Shown here: piece after piece, positions 9,791-21,690 of the stretch
How positions within the stretch are numbered: position 1 is the stretch's first letter
Layout: each line of letters opens with the position of its first letter
NCBI GenBank assembly: GCA_016193395.1
Contig: JACPSH010000001.1
Span: 15,895 to 79,894 of the forward strand
Origin: Gammaproteobacteria bacterium
Lineage (GTDB): Bacteria; Pseudomonadota; Gammaproteobacteria; Eutrophobiales; Eutrophobiaceae
Reading direction: 5' to 3'
Length of the DNA: 64,000 bases
Position numbers and translations under genes: made by a program
Notes under the pieces: model-generated
Database searches by the model: none
The model's input: only the letters and a program-made list of their open reading frames with translations
Told to the model about the DNA's origin: nothing

Positions 9791-11072
9791 CGCGCATTTC
9801 GCGCAGCCAGTTTTCGCGGGCCTCGTCGAGCTTCCTGCGGCGGATCGCCTCCCGCGCCTGCGAGCGCTTGAGTTCCTGGGAATTATCGTGCTGGCGGCGG
9901 TCGAGCACCTGGGCGATGTGCCAGCCGTAATCCGTATGGAATGGCTGGCTGATCTCGCCGGGAGCGAGGCTGTTCATGACTTCCTCGAAATCCCCGACCA
10001 GGTCGCCGGGGCTCATCCATCCGAGATCCCCGCCCTCCGCCGCGCTCACCGTATCGTTGGAGTTGCCGCGCGCGAGTTCCGCAAAGTCGGCGCCGCCGAC
10101 TATTCGAAGGCGGACCTGTTCCAGGCGCGCCTGTGCGTCATCCTCCGTCGTCAGTTCGTCCGACTTGATCAGGATATGCCGCACGTGGGTCTGCGTGATG
10201 ACGTGCTTCTCGCTGTCGCGGACTTCCTCGAGCTTGACGATATGGAAGCCGCCGGCATTGCGGATCAGGTCGCTGACGTCCCCCTTTTGCATGTGCGCGA
10301 CCACGTCCGCGAACAGGGTCGGGACCTGGCTTGCCTTGCGCCAGCCCAGGTTGCCGCCTTCCAGCGCCTGCGGCCCCTTGGAATAGGTCGCCGCCATGGA
10401 GGCGAAATCGGCGCCGGCCCTGAGATCGACGAGGACCTTCTCGGCCAGCTTCGTCGTCGCTTCGATGTCGCTCGACGACGCGGTCTCGGGCACGGCAATC
10501 AGGATATGCCGCAGCAGGTACTCAGCCTCGTCCTCGCCCTGGTGTTCCTGCGTGGCGAGGTAATTCTCGATTTCGCGCTCCGTGACCGTCACGCGGTTGT
10601 CCACCTGCCGCTGCTGCAGGCGCGAGACCAGAATTTCGCTGCGGATGTCCTCGCGGAATTTCTCGTAACTGTATCCGTCGCTTTCCAGCACTTCGCGGAA
10701 TTTCTCGAGACTCAGCTGGTTCTGCGCGGCGATGTTGCTGATGGTCCGGTTCAGGGTTTCGTCATCGACGCGGATCCCGGAGTGCTGCGCTTCCTGGACC
10801 TGCAGCTTGGTGAGGATCAGCCGATCCAGGACCTGCCGCTCCAGAATGGGTCCCGGGGGCAGGGGAGTGCCCTGCTCGGAGAGCTGGTTCTTCACGGTAC
10901 GCAGACGGTCGTCCAGCTCGCTCTGCATGATCACATCATCGTTGACGACCGCCACGATGCGATCCAGCGCTATGCCCGCGGAAACGGGTTGCCGCATGAA
11001 CAGGCACAGCAGCAGCGCCGCCACCAGCCGGAACGTACATTCCGGACGCCCGCGATTAAAATTCACTCTCAT
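9756..11072 (-). CDS. surA: periplasmic chaperone / peptidyl-prolyl isomerase SurA
   Basis: The protein has a signal peptide and a SurA N-domain (DRIVAVVNDDVIMQSELDDRL). It has two parvulin PPIase domains (…HILI…GGDLGW…). Confidence 0.9.
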   Translation of the reverse strand: MRVNFNRGRPECTFRLVAALLLCLFMRQPVSAGIALDRIVAVVNDDVIMQSELDDRLRTVKNQLSEQGTPLPPGPILERQVLDRLILTKLQVQEAQHSGIRVDDETLNRTISNIAAQNQLSLEKFREVLESDGYSYEKFREDIRSEILVSRLQQRQVDNRVTVTEREIENYLATQEHQGEDEAEYLLRHILIAVPETASSSDIEATTKLAEKVLVDLRAGADFASMAATYSKGPQALEGGNLGWRKASQVPTLFADVVAHMQKGDVSDLIRNAGGFHIVKLEEVRDSEKHVITQTHVRHILIKSDELTTEDDAQARLEQVRLRIVGGADFAELARGNSNDTVSAAEGGDLGWMSPGDLVGDFEEVMNSLAPGEISQPFHTDYGWHIAQVLDRRQHDNSQELKRSQAREAIRRRKLDEARENWLREMRDEAYVEYRLES

Positions 11073-13352
11073 ATCCAGGGATGTTCTGCGTCAGAAATTC
11101 CGTAGTCCGCTTGCCAATCCCGGCGAGGCCTTTCAATTCCACCTGCAGGTAGACACCGGTCGAGTGATCGCCATCGAGGTTATTGAGGAAACGCCGGGCC
11201 ACGGCGCGGACGCCGAAGCAGCAGCTCTCATATTCGATTCCGCCGAATATTTCAAGGGACTTGCCTTCGGGAACGGCATAGTTCCAGCGTCCCACCAACG
11301 CCCACTGCGGCGTCAGCGGCCACCGGAACGATATATCGCTCTGCTCGATGTCGGTCGGATTGCGGCGGAAGTCCCCGCTCGGGGAACGCCGCACGCGGTA
11401 GGCCAGGTTCAGGAGGCGGCCATCGAGGGGATGGTACAGCAGGCGCAGTGCCAGTTTCTCGGTTATGTTCTCGCTGGGCTGCCAATGGATTTCGCTGCGC
11501 AGGTTCCAGTCATTGAAGATGCGCATCCCGGCCTCGCCGATGATCGGCCCCAGCGGGTCGTCCGTCGTCGCGCCGAAGGGAACCAGTTGACCAGCCGGGT
11601 TGAACACCATGCTGACTACGTCAACGTCGGAAAGATAATAAGACTCAGCGATGCGAAAGTAGGCGAGCGGGTTGCCGCTCTCGGCGTCGAACAGGCGTTG
11701 GGTAAAAGCCAGCGTGAACCGGTTGGCGTCACCCAGCCGATCCGGCCCGGTAAAGCGGTTATTGCGGAACAGCCCTTCGTACGAAAGGTTGAAAATGCAT
11801 AGCCTGAACCGCTCATGTCGAAGTCCCGCTCGAAGTAGACGCCGCTGTCCACGCTGGCGATGGGCAGGAGCCGGCTGGGACTGGACTTGAAGGGCCCGGA
11901 TTCGTTGAGATCGTATTGCGTGAACTGCAGGCCCAGGCGCGGCGTCAGGTACGCACTCCGGCCCTGTAGCGGGTAACTGAGGAAAGGCTGGAAATCCAGG
12001 CGCGCTCCATGCACGTCCGGCACGATGTCATTGTCCTCCCGATCGAGATTATCAAACTGCACGTGCGCGTTGAAATTGAGCCGGTTCGGACCGCGCAGCG
12101 GGTAGGCGTTAAAGCGGACCTGGGGCAGGCGCTCGTAGGGTCTGGACGTCACCGGGACTGTCCGGTCCATGGTCTGGTAGTCCTGAACCCGAATCATGGA
12201 ATCCCACCACGCACCGCGGTAAGTGAGATCGGCGCGGCGCTCCAGGTAACGCGCGCTGGTGACCGCGAGCTGGCTGCCGAAGTCCTCCAGATAGCGCTCG
12301 TCGGACGCGCGGTTATAGGTCGCGTACAGCCGGCCGCTGCGCGCGAAGGTCTGCTCATGGACAAAGTTGATCAGGCTCCGATCCTTGTCGCCGAACTCAT
12401 TGTCGCTGGGCAGATACTCGCCGCCGAACTGTCCACGCGCGCGCGGGAACAGATAGCGGAATTCACCCATGGCCAAGACGCCGTTGTCGGTGAGCAGCCG
12501 GGGCGCCACGGTCGCATCGAACTGCGGAGCAATGTTCAGGTAATAAGGAGTGCGCACTTCGAAGCCATGGTTGCTGCTGGTCCCGAACGCCGGCATCAGG
12601 AAGCCGCTCTTTCGTTTGTCGCTCAGGGGAAAGCTGAGGAAGGGTGAGTAGAGTACCGGGATGTCCTTCACCCGGAGGACGACGTGCTTGGCGGTGCCGC
12701 GCTCCTCCTCGTGATCGAGGATGATTTCGCGTGCCGAGATTTTCCAGGCGTTGGAGGCAAGATCCGGCCCTTCCGCCTCCGGTTCGCAGGTCGAATACTC
12801 GATGTCAGTGCCGCGCGTCTCCTTGCCCACGTCCCAGAACAGTTCCGCGGCGCTGCCATGGCCCCGGTTGCCGAGCACGCGGTAGTCCGCTTCCTGCGCG
12901 CTGCCGGTTCCGTCCTCGAATTCCAGATGCGCCGACTTGCCTTGCAGGTAGACGCTTTCGTCCCAGTAACGGACATCGCCCCACAGGTCGGCGTTGTCGG
13001 CCGGCTCGCTGTAATCGACCTTGTCGGCGACGACCTGCTGCTGGTCGCGTGTCATCTGCACGTGGCCGGTCAGGTGGGAAATGTCGCCCTCCGTGAGATC
13101 GACGTCATCGGCCAGCACGTGAATGTCTCCCGGTTCGAGCACATCCTCGACCACCGGTCGCGGCGGTACGTCCAGCCCGGCGGGACAGAAAGGGAAACCC
13201 TTTTCCGCGGAGGCATCCTGGGGCCGGGCGCCTGGCGAGAGGAGCAGCAATATCGCGGCAGCTGCGCTGTGCCGGAGGCGGAGCTTCATGACACGGGGTC
13301 TCACCCTGAGTTCCGCAAAATCGTGGATTGGTTCAATGCGTTCAGTCCCCAT
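11056..13352 (-). pseudogene. lptD: LPS-assembly protein LptD, reading frame broken by an apparent 1-nt frameshift near 11,790-11,800
   Basis: Two adjacent ORFs together span an LptD of about 760 aa. The 578-aa N-terminal part (11616-13352) and the 184-aa C-terminal part (11056-11610) both look like LptD. The downstream frame reads SYEGLFRNNRFTGPDRLGDANRFTLAFTQRLFD … ESCCFGVRAVARRF, which resembles E. coli LptD (SSCCYAIRVGYERK), yet it is out of frame with the upstream part. The break lies near the short T-run in GGCTATGCATTTTCAACC. Confidence 0.8.
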
Positions 13353-13473
13353 CCATCGGGCCGATCCCCCTGGTCCGGGCCGGATCCGCCGCCGGCGTAA
13401 TGCGCCGACATTGTATCAGAGGGCCCGCGGGGCTCCCGACCAGCCCGGGTACTTCCGGAACGGCCAGCAGGTC

Positions 13474-13496
13474 GATGCAAAACCTCGTTTTGCGTC
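13474..13496. repeat. GATGCAAAAC…GTTTTGCGTC hairpin (third copy of a dispersed palindrome family)
   Basis: The sequence is GATGCAAAAC ctc GTTTTGCGTC. It shares its arms with the hairpins at 5442 and 5621 and lies between the rnfG end and the lptD start. Confidence 0.5.
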
Positions 13497-13502
13497 ACCC
13501 GG

Positions 13503-14120
13503 CTAGCGATAGAGCGAATCCTGATTGCGCCGGTAATACTCCAGGGTGCCCCGCACCGCCTGGATCAGGCCCCGCGGGGTAATGGTTGCGCCGCTGATCT
13601 GATCGAACTGGCCGCCATCGTGGCGGACCGCCCAGGCGCTCTCCGGAGTGTTGTCGAGCGAACGGCTGTCAAACTGCCGGATCCAGTCCGATTGCGACTG
13701 ATGCACCTGGTCGCCGAGTCCGGGTGTCTCCCCGTGGCGGGTTACCCGCACCCCAGTCAAGTCACCGGCCACCGACACGCCCACCGCCAGATCGATGCGG
13801 CCGTTGTAGCCCCTCGCGGGGACGGGCGTGAAAACCAGTCCCGCAGGCTGTCCGTTCCGGCGCGCGCGGAACAGGGACACGGGATCGGGGGATCCGAAGG
13901 CGGCCGCGTCCGAGATCTCGATGCGGTCGGCAAGCAGGTCGTTGTCGTGGTCGAGCGGCATGACGTCTCTCACGACAGCCAGCATCAGTCGCTCGCGGTT
14001 CATGCCGATACGCTGACCCGTCAGCGCGTGGAGCCCTGCAATGACCAGGCTGCTCACCATGGCGATCGCCGCCACGGGGAGGGCGATGCGCGCAAGACGA
14101 CCACGCGTTTCAAGCGCCAC
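13503..14120 (-). CDS. rnfG: Rnf electron-transport complex subunit G (FMN-binding)
   Basis: The protein has HGETPGLGDQV and DQISGATITPRG motifs. A GTG start at 14120 overlaps the rnfD stop (GTGGCGCTTGA) and is preceded by a GGGGGAA Shine-Dalgarno sequence. Confidence 0.8.
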   Translation of the reverse strand: MALETRGRLARIALPVAAIAMVSSLVIAGLHALTGQRIGMNRERLMLAVVRDVMPLDHDNDLLADRIEISDAAAFGSPDPVSLFRARRNGQPAGLVFTPVPARGYNGRIDLAVGVSVAGDLTGVRVTRHGETPGLGDQVHQSQSDWIRQFDSRSLDNTPESAWAVRHDGGQFDQISGATITPRGLIQAVRGTLEYYRRNQDSLYR

Positions 14121-15144
14121 TGCCTGATTCCCCCAAGACCCTGGGCCGGGTGTGATGGTCAATGAGCGGCGCGGCCGCGTTGCCCAGCAGCACCGCGAAG
14201 GCAATCCCATCCGGGTAGGCGCCCCAGACCCGGATCACGTACGTCAACGTTCCGATCAGCGCGCCGTAGATCAGGCGTCCGCGCGGCGTGGTGGACGCGC
14301 TCACCGGGTCGGTAGCGACGAAAAACGCGCCAAGCATGGTGGCCCCGCCGAAGAGGTGGAAAATCGGCGATGCGTACACGTCGGCGTCGTAGAGATGGAA
14401 TCCGGTGCTGACCGTGGTCAGCGCAATGAGCATTGCGGCCGGAATATGCCACTTGACGATGCCCATGACGAGCAGCGCTATCCCCCCGGCCAGGAATCCC
14501 GCGCTGATCCATTCCCAGCCCCGTCCGCCGAAGGTGCCGAATACGGGATCCGCGCGGATCTCGGAAATCATGCCCATCAATCCGAGCCGCGATTTCATGT
14601 AACCGAGCGCGGTCGCACCGCTGGTTGCGTCAACCATCTCGCGGCCGGGAAGAAAGATCGCGCGCAGGCTGTCGCCGAGCCCGAGGCCGGTTTCGAGAGT
14701 GCCCGGGGCCGCCGGCCAGGAGTTCATTTCGCGCGGGAAACAGAGCAGCACGAATACGAAACCCGCCATGGCCGGATTGAACGGGTTGTAACCGATGCCT
14801 CCAAACGCGTGTTTGGCGGCGGCGATGGCGAAGATGATCCCGGTAAGAACCATCCACCACGGCGTGGTCGGCGGGATGCACAGGGCAAGCAGCAGGCCGG
14901 TGACTACCGCGCTGCCGTCGCGGAGGAAGAGACCCACCGGCCGGCCGCGCAGCTTCAGCAGCAGCGCCTCCAGAGCAAGTGCGAAGCACGCCGCCAGCAC
15001 GCACTGGATCAGGATGCCGATGCCGAAATACCACGCATAGAGCAGGATCCCGGGCAGCAGCGCCAGCGCAACGCGCAACATCACCGCGGTGATCGTTGCT
15101 CCGCCATGGCGGTGCGGAGAGCTGATGAACGCCGCCTCAGTCAT
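14110..15144 (-). CDS. rnfD: Rnf complex subunit D
   Basis: Starting at [11 protein letters not shown] gives a 345-aa polytopic membrane protein (…KHAFGGIGYNPFNPAMAGFVF…). The ATG overlaps the rnfC stop (ATGACTGA). The upstream part of the track ORF has Arg/Ser-rich, implausible composition. Confidence 0.85.
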   Translation of the reverse strand: MTEAAFISSPHRHGGATITAVMLRVALALLPGILLYAWYFGIGILIQCVLAACFALALEALLLKLRGRPVGLFLRDGSAVVTGLLLALCIPPTTPWWMVLTGIIFAIAAAKHAFGGIGYNPFNPAMAGFVFVLLCFPREMNSWPAAPGTLETGLGLGDSLRAIFLPGREMVDATSGATALGYMKSRLGLMGMISEIRADPVFGTFGGRGWEWISAGFLAGGIALLVMGIVKWHIPAAMLIALTTVSTGFHLYDADVYASPIFHLFGGATMLGAFFVATDPVSASTTPRGRLIYGALIGTLTYVIRVWGAYPDGIAFAVLLGNAAAPLIDHHTRPRVLGESGSGA

Positions 15145-16648
15145 CGCCGCCCTGGTTCGGATCGCGCTGCAGGCGCCTGTCGCGCACGCGTTCCACCGCG
15201 TCGCTGATGTACGCACGTTTCTCCGCGATGTCGGCGCCTGCTGCGGCCGGCAACGCACCATTCCGCGAGCGCTCCTGCCGATCCAGCCTGGCATTGCGGG
15301 CGAGGAACCGCGTCCGCGCGTGGTCGGCGCCCTGGCGCTGGCGCTCCGCGGCGGCGATCCGCGATTTGGCGTGGCGGTAGTACTGCACAAGCGGAATGTG
15401 GCTCGGGCAGACATAGGCGCAGCAGCCGCATTCGATGCAGTCGAACAGGTGGTAGCGTTGGGCCTCATCCTGGTCGTCGGATCGGGCATGCCAGTAGAGT
15501 TGTTGCGGCAACAGCTTGATCGGACAAACGTCCACGCAGTCGCCGCAGCGAATGCAGGGCAGTTCCGCGGCCGGTTCCCGCGCCGGCTGGACCAACACGC
15601 AGTTGGTGGTCTTGATTACCGGGATGTCGAGCCGGCGCAGGTGCGTCCCCATCATTGGCCCGCCGAGGATAATGCGCGCTTCGCCGTCCTCGCGGAATCC
15701 GCAGGTCCTGAGGCAATCGTGGATCGGCGTGCCGAGCAGCACCTGGAGGTTGCGCGGCCGGTCGACATCGCCGGTCACCGTGACGTAACGGGAAACCTGG
15801 GGTTCGCCGCGGGTCACCGCGCGGTAGACAGCCGCAGCGGTCGCGACGTTGTGCACGACGATGCCGATATGGATGGAGAGGCCGCCGCTCGGGACCTCGA
15901 ATCCGGTGAGCATCTTGATGAGCTGTTTCTCGCCGCCGGCGGGATAGCGGGTCGGCACCTTCACGAGTTCGATGTCGTCCTCCACCAGCTTTTCCAGCGC
16001 CGCGAAGGACTGCGGCATGTCCTCTTCGACCGCGATAACGCAATGCTTCGCCTGCACCGCATGCGCAATCATGCGCGCGCCGGCGACGACGTAAGTCGCC
16101 TTTTCCTGGATCAGCCGGTCGTCACAGGTGATATACGGCTCGCATTCGACGCCGTTGATGATGAGCGTGTCCACGGCGTTTTCCACGCCTTCATTGAGCT
16201 TGACGTGCGTCGGGAAACCGGCGCCGCCAAGCCCGGCGATGCCGCAGTCGCGGATGACGGCCTGCAACTCCCTGGGGTCCACCGAGGCGTACTCGTGCAC
16301 CGGCTGGATCTCGAACCATTCATCCCGGCCGTCCGGCTCGATGACAATGCAACGCGCATCAGGCGTGGCGGGGTTGCCGACGGGATGGAGCCCGATGTCG
16401 ACGATCGTGCCGGACGTGCTGGCATGCACCGGGACGCTCACGTATCCACTGGCCCGCGCGATCATCTGTCCCTTGCGCACGCGTTCGCCCATGCCGACGA
16501 TGGGTTCAGCCGGCAGTCCGATGTGTTGCTGCAGCGGCAGCACGATGCGCTCGGGGAGGGGTTGCAGCAGCGACGACTCCGCGCAGGTCTTCTCCTTGTG
16601 CGTTTCCAGATGCAGTCCGCCTGGGAACGCGTGCAGCGCGCGCATCAT
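15137..16648 (-). CDS. rnfC: Rnf complex subunit C
   Basis: The protein has two 4Fe-4S ferredoxin motifs ([24 protein letters not shown]). It also has an NADH-binding [12 protein letters not shown] stretch. Confidence 0.9.
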   Translation of the reverse strand: MMRALHAFPGGLHLETHKEKTCAESSLLQPLPERIVLPLQQHIGLPAEPIVGMGERVRKGQMIARASGYVSVPVHASTSGTIVDIGLHPVGNPATPDARCIVIEPDGRDEWFEIQPVHEYASVDPRELQAVIRDCGIAGLGGAGFPTHVKLNEGVENAVDTLIINGVECEPYITCDDRLIQEKATYVVAGARMIAHAVQAKHCVIAVEEDMPQSFAALEKLVEDDIELVKVPTRYPAGGEKQLIKMLTGFEVPSGGLSIHIGIVVHNVATAAAVYRAVTRGEPQVSRYVTVTGDVDRPRNLQVLLGTPIHDCLRTCGFREDGEARIILGGPMMGTHLRRLDIPVIKTTNCVLVQPAREPAAELPCIRCGDCVDVCPIKLLPQQLYWHARSDDQDEAQRYHLFDCIECGCCAYVCPSHIPLVQYYRHAKSRIAAAERQRQGADHARTRFLARNARLDRQERSRNGALPAAAGADIAEKRAYISDAVERVRDRRLQRDPNQGGDD

Positions 16649-17205
16649 GCAGCACGTCCATATGCCGGACCCGGCTTTGGCCAGACCGGTTTTCCCGGGG
16701 CCGCCACCGGAGGACGCAGGTCAATGCAGTCGACGGGGCAGGGGGCCACACAGAGACCGCAACCGGTGCAGAACTGCGGGATGACCGTGTGCATCTGACC
16801 GGCCGCGCCCAGGATCGCGTCCACGGGGCACGCCCGCACGCACTTGAGGCAGCCGATGCAGGCCGCTTCGTCGATATGCGCAAGGCGCGCATTCACGACA
16901 GGGGCAAGCGCGGGATCCAGCGTCTTCGGGACGGTGCCGAGGAGTTCCGCCAGCAATGTAATGGTGTGGTCTCCGCCCGGCGGGCAACGGTTGATGTCGG
17001 CGAGGCCGCCTGCGACCGCCTCGGCGTACGGCCGGCAACCGGAGTATCCGCACAGCCCACATTGCGTCTGAGGCAGCAATGCGTCGATGCGATCCGCAAG
17101 CCACTGCTTGCGTTGAAGGCCCCGACGGTTCAGCGGGTGTACCGCGCAGGCCAGGCCGCCGAGCAAGGCCATGACCAGCGCAACGACGAGTCCGACCCCG
17201 CTCAT
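16645..17205 (-). CDS. rnfB: Rnf complex subunit B
   Basis: The protein has an N-terminal TM segment. It has Cys clusters (CGLCGYSGC; [12 protein letters not shown]; [12 protein letters not shown]). Its stop overlaps the rnfC ATG. Confidence 0.85.
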   Translation of the reverse strand: MSGVGLVVALVMALLGGLACAVHPLNRRGLQRKQWLADRIDALLPQTQCGLCGYSGCRPYAEAVAGGLADINRCPPGGDHTITLLAELLGTVPKTLDPALAPVVNARLAHIDEAACIGCLKCVRACPVDAILGAAGQMHTVIPQFCTGCGLCVAPCPVDCIDLRPPVAAPGKPVWPKPGPAYGRAA

Positions 17206-17783
17206 AGTCTGGTCAGGCCGGTAAAGCCCATGAATGCCATGGACAGGATCCCCAGCGCCATGAGCAGCGCCGCGGCGCCTTGGAAGGGCCGCGGCACATC
17301 GGCCACGAGCAGGCGTTCATGCAGCGCGGCGACCAGGATCACGACGAGGCCAAACCCCGCCGCGGCGCCCAGACCATAAAACAATGAGCCGGCGAAGCCG
17401 AAATGTTGCCCGGCGTTGAGCAGGACGACGCCGAGCACCGCGCTGTTTCCAAGCACGAGGGGCACGAAGTCCCGGTAGCGGTCATGCCAGTCCGGCCGCA
17501 GGCGCGCCAGCACGGCGGCGCCGGACATCACTACTACAATGATCACCAGCACAAAGGCCAGTAGTTCGAGGTACGCGAGACCGGAAGCGCGCAGGACGGC
17601 ATGGCTGACGACCCACGTGACCGGCGTCGCTACGGTAAGCGCGACGGCGGTGACCAGGCTCATCCCGGCGGCCACGTCAATCTTTCTGGAGAGTCCGACG
17701 CCGGCGCCGACGCCGATCAGGTGGTGGAGTACGAGGTTGTTGACGAGAGACGCGCTGATAAAGATGAGGAGCAGGTCGGACAC
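17202..17783 (-). CDS. rnfA: Rnf complex subunit A
   Basis: A GTG start gives [19 protein letters not shown]… ending …[13 protein letters not shown], which can be aligned with E. coli RsxA. The stop overlaps the rnfB ATG (ATGA). Confidence 0.85.
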   Translation of the reverse strand: MSDLLLIFISASLVNNLVLHHLIGVGAGVGLSRKIDVAAGMSLVTAVALTVATPVTWVVSHAVLRASGLAYLELLAFVLVIIVVVMSGAAVLARLRPDWHDRYRDFVPLVLGNSAVLGVVLLNAGQHFGFAGSLFYGLGAAAGFGLVVILVAALHERLLVADVPRPFQGAAALLMALGILSMAFMGFTGLTRL

Positions 17784-17868
17784 GGAGTGGCCCTGCGTGC
17801 GCTGGATTCGGATCAGTATGGAGCGAATCCGCAACCTCAACAAGCGCCGGCGGGGCCCGGCAGCGGCG

Positions 17869-19881
17869 CTACGTGATGCGCATCCCGGGCTCCGCGCCGG
17901 TGTCCGGGCTGAGCAGGAAAAGCTCCGTGCCGCCGTGGCCTGCCGCCAGCACCATGCCTTCGGACGTTCCAAAGCGCATCTTGCGCGGCTGCAGGTTGGC
18001 GACCACGGCCGTCAGCCTTCCGATGAGTTTCTCCGGCGCATAGGCCGTCTTGATCCCGGCGAAGACCGTGCGGGTCTCCGTGCCGAGATCGATCGTGAGC
18101 TTGAGCAGCTTGTCCGCCCCGTCCACGTGCTCGGCATTGACAATGCGCGCGACGCGCAAATCCACCTTGTTGAAATCGTCGATGGAAATGAATGCAGCGC
18201 TTTCCTGCGGCCTTGCTCCCGCTTTGTTTGCTTCCACCATGACCTCCACTTGCTTTGCGTCTATCCGCGTCATCAGATGTGAATAGGGGTTGACGCGGGC
18301 CGGTAGTTCCACCGCGTCCTCCCACGTGAAATCCTTTCCGAGCCCGAAGAACTCCCGCGCCGCGCGACCGCACAAAGCCGGCAGCACCGGCGCGAGCAGG
18401 ACCGACAACAGCTTGAAGCCCTGCAATGTCCGCGAACAGATATCCTGCAGCTCCGTACGTTTCGACGGATCCTTTGCAAGTTCCCAGGGTTGCGCGGCAT
18501 CGAACGCGCGATTGATCCGATCGGCGAACTCCATCGCGGCGCGGATCGCCTTTCCGAAATCCCGCGACTCGTAATGTTCAGCGACCTGGGCGAGCGCGAC
18601 CTTCGCCCCGGCGACCAGCGGCTTGGTATCGCCTGCATAGGCAAGCTGGCCGCCGAACTGCCGCGAGATGAAGCCCGCCGCGCGGCTCGCGATGTTCACG
18701 TACTTGCCGATGAGATCCGAGTTCACGCGCGCGACAAAATCCTCCAGGTTCAGATCGACGTCCTCCATCGTGCCGTTGAGCTTCGCCGCGTAGTAGTAGC
18801 GCAGGTACTCGGGATTGCCGACGTGATCCAGGTAGCTGCGCGCCGTGATGAAGGTGCCGCGCGACTTCGACATCTTCTCGCCGTTCACGGTGAGGAACCC
18901 GTGGGCGAATATCGAAGTCGGCTTGCGGTAACCGGCCCCTTCCAGCACCGCCGGCCAGAACAGGGCGTGGAAGTAGAGGATGTCCTTGCCTATGAAATGG
19001 TACAGCTCCACGGCGCTGCCCGGCGCCCAGAAATCCTCGAAGCGCAGGCCCGTCTTGGCGCAATGGTTGCTGAAACTCGCCATGTAGCCGATTGGGGCAT
19101 CCAGCCAGACGTAGAAGAATTTCCCCGGCGCATCCGGGATTTCAAATCCGAAATAGGGCGCATCGCGCGAGATGTCCCAGTCCCTGAGCCCGGCCGCGAA
19201 CCATTCATCGAGCTTGTTCGCCGCCTCCGCCTGTACGTGGCGCACGTCGGTGATATCCGGGAACAGCCACTTGCGCAGCCCGTCCTCGAAGTCGCCGAGG
19301 CGGAAAAACAGGTGCTCCGACTCGCGTTCCACGGGCGGCGCGCCGGAGAGGACGGAAACCGGGTTTTTCAGATCGGTCGGCGAGTAAGTCGCGCCGCAGG
19401 ATTCGCAGGCGTCTCCGTACTGGTCAGCCGCGCCGCAGCGCGGACATTCGCCCTTGATAAAGCGGTCCGGCAGGAACAGGTGCTTGACCGGGTCGTAGGC
19501 CTGCCGGATGGTGCGCGCGACGATATGGCCGCCCGCCTTCAGCCGCCGGTAAATCTCCTCGGAAAGCTGGCGATTCTCGATGGAATGCGTGCTGTGGTAG
19601 TTGTCGACGCTAATGTGGAAATCGGCGAAGTCCCGGCGGTGCTCGGCATAGATTCGCTCGATCAGCGCCTCCGGCGGGATGCCTTCGGACTCCGCGCGCA
19701 GCATGACCGGCGTGCCGTGCGTGTCGTCGGCGCACACGTAGTGCACGTCGTGTCCCCGCATCCGCTGAAAGCGCACCCAGACGTCGGTCTGGACGTACTC
19801 CAGGAGATGGCCCAGGTGGATCGGGCCGTTGGCGTAGGGCAGGGCGCTGGTGACGAGGAGGCGGCGTTTGTTTTCCGGCAT
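17869..19881 (-). CDS. metG: methionine--tRNA ligase
   Basis: The protein has the class I HIGH motif ([12 protein letters not shown]) and KMSKS. It has Zn-knuckle Cys residues and a C-terminal tRNA-binding (EMAP) domain. Confidence 0.9.
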   Translation of the reverse strand: MPENKRRLLVTSALPYANGPIHLGHLLEYVQTDVWVRFQRMRGHDVHYVCADDTHGTPVMLRAESEGIPPEALIERIYAEHRRDFADFHISVDNYHSTHSIENRQLSEEIYRRLKAGGHIVARTIRQAYDPVKHLFLPDRFIKGECPRCGAADQYGDACESCGATYSPTDLKNPVSVLSGAPPVERESEHLFFRLGDFEDGLRKWLFPDITDVRHVQAEAANKLDEWFAAGLRDWDISRDAPYFGFEIPDAPGKFFYVWLDAPIGYMASFSNHCAKTGLRFEDFWAPGSAVELYHFIGKDILYFHALFWPAVLEGAGYRKPTSIFAHGFLTVNGEKMSKSRGTFITARSYLDHVGNPEYLRYYYAAKLNGTMEDVDLNLEDFVARVNSDLIGKYVNIASRAAGFISRQFGGQLAYAGDTKPLVAGAKVALAQVAEHYESRDFGKAIRAAMEFADRINRAFDAAQPWELAKDPSKRTELQDICSRTLQGFKLLSVLLAPVLPALCGRAAREFFGLGKDFTWEDAVELPARVNPYSHLMTRIDAKQVEVMVEANKAGARPQESAAFISIDDFNKVDLRVARIVNAEHVDGADKLLKLTIDLGTETRTVFAGIKTAYAPEKLIGRLTAVVANLQPRKMRFGTSEGMVLAAGHGGTELFLLSPDTGAEPGMRIT

Positions 19882-20137
19882 GACGTTCTCTTTATATCGT
19901 ACGGACTAAGCTAGCATTTGCCGCCGAAAGCGTGAAGGTAATCACGGCGCGCCCCCCAATGGGAATCGGTATGCGAGCCCCCGGAATCGGGCCACAAAGC
20001 CCGCGCCGTGGCATATACTAACGGCACAGTCAGTCTGCCACCCGATATTCAATGTCGAAATCAACATGGTGCTTGGCGGACCGGAGCTTGCGGCATCCGA
20101 CATCCAGATCGTCGCCTGAGCACGATGCCCGCCGATT

Positions 20138-21229
<1,092 letters not shown>

Positions 21230-21231
21230 TT

Positions 21232-21275
21232 CGTTCCTCGTTCCTCGTTCCTCGTGCCTCGCGGCACGGGAATTG
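21232..21275. repeat. tandem TTCCTCG/CCTCGTGCCTCG repeats (left arm of inverted-repeat pair)
   Basis: The sequence here is TTCGTTCCTCGTTCCTCGTTCCTCGTGCCTCGCGGCACGGG. Its reverse complement recurs at 21648-21690. Confidence 0.6.
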
Positions 21276-21332
21276 GATACAGTATCAGTAGGTGTGTTGA
21301 AGTCGGCAGACGGAAAGCCCAGGGAGGGGTCG

Positions 21333-21689
21333 ATGAGCATACTAAACTACAGGGATCTCAAGATTTGGCAACTTGGCAAGCAGTTGGCCGTGGAGATTTA
21401 TCGTTGCACCGGCACATTTCCGAGTGCTGAAACCTTTGGAATGTCCAGCCAAATGAGACGGGCTGCGGTTTCAATTCCTTCAAACATTAGATATCTCTAC
21501 TTTGCGCTTGCTTCCTGTGCCGAACTGGAGACGCAGAGCGAATTGGCATTTGAGCTCGGCTATGTTGGCGAGAGTTGGAAGACAGATTGCGTGGAAATGA
21601 CGAACCACGAATCGCGGATGATTCGAAAACTGATCGCTCAGATGCAGCCTACGAGGCGCGAGGCACGAGGCACGAGGCACGCGGAATGA
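21333..21689 (+). CDS. four-helix-bundle protein (23S rRNA intervening-sequence protein family)
   Basis: The gene has an AGGGAGGGG Shine-Dalgarno sequence. The protein begins [23 protein letters not shown]…[17 protein letters not shown]…[10 protein letters not shown]. It appears to lack about 15 aa relative to typical family members, and its C-terminus runs into the flanking repeat. Confidence 0.7.
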   Translation: MSILNYRDLKIWQLGKQLAVEIYRCTGTFPSAETFGMSSQMRRAAVSIPSNIRYLYFALASCAELETQSELAFELGYVGESWKTDCVEMTNHESRMIRKLIAQMQPTRREARGTRHAE

Positions 21690-21690
21690 G
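21648..21690. repeat. tandem CGAGGCACGAGG repeats (right arm, inverted relative to 21232-21275)
   Basis: The sequence here is CCTACGAGGCGCGAGGCACGAGGCACGAGGCACGCGGAATGAGC. Confidence 0.6.
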
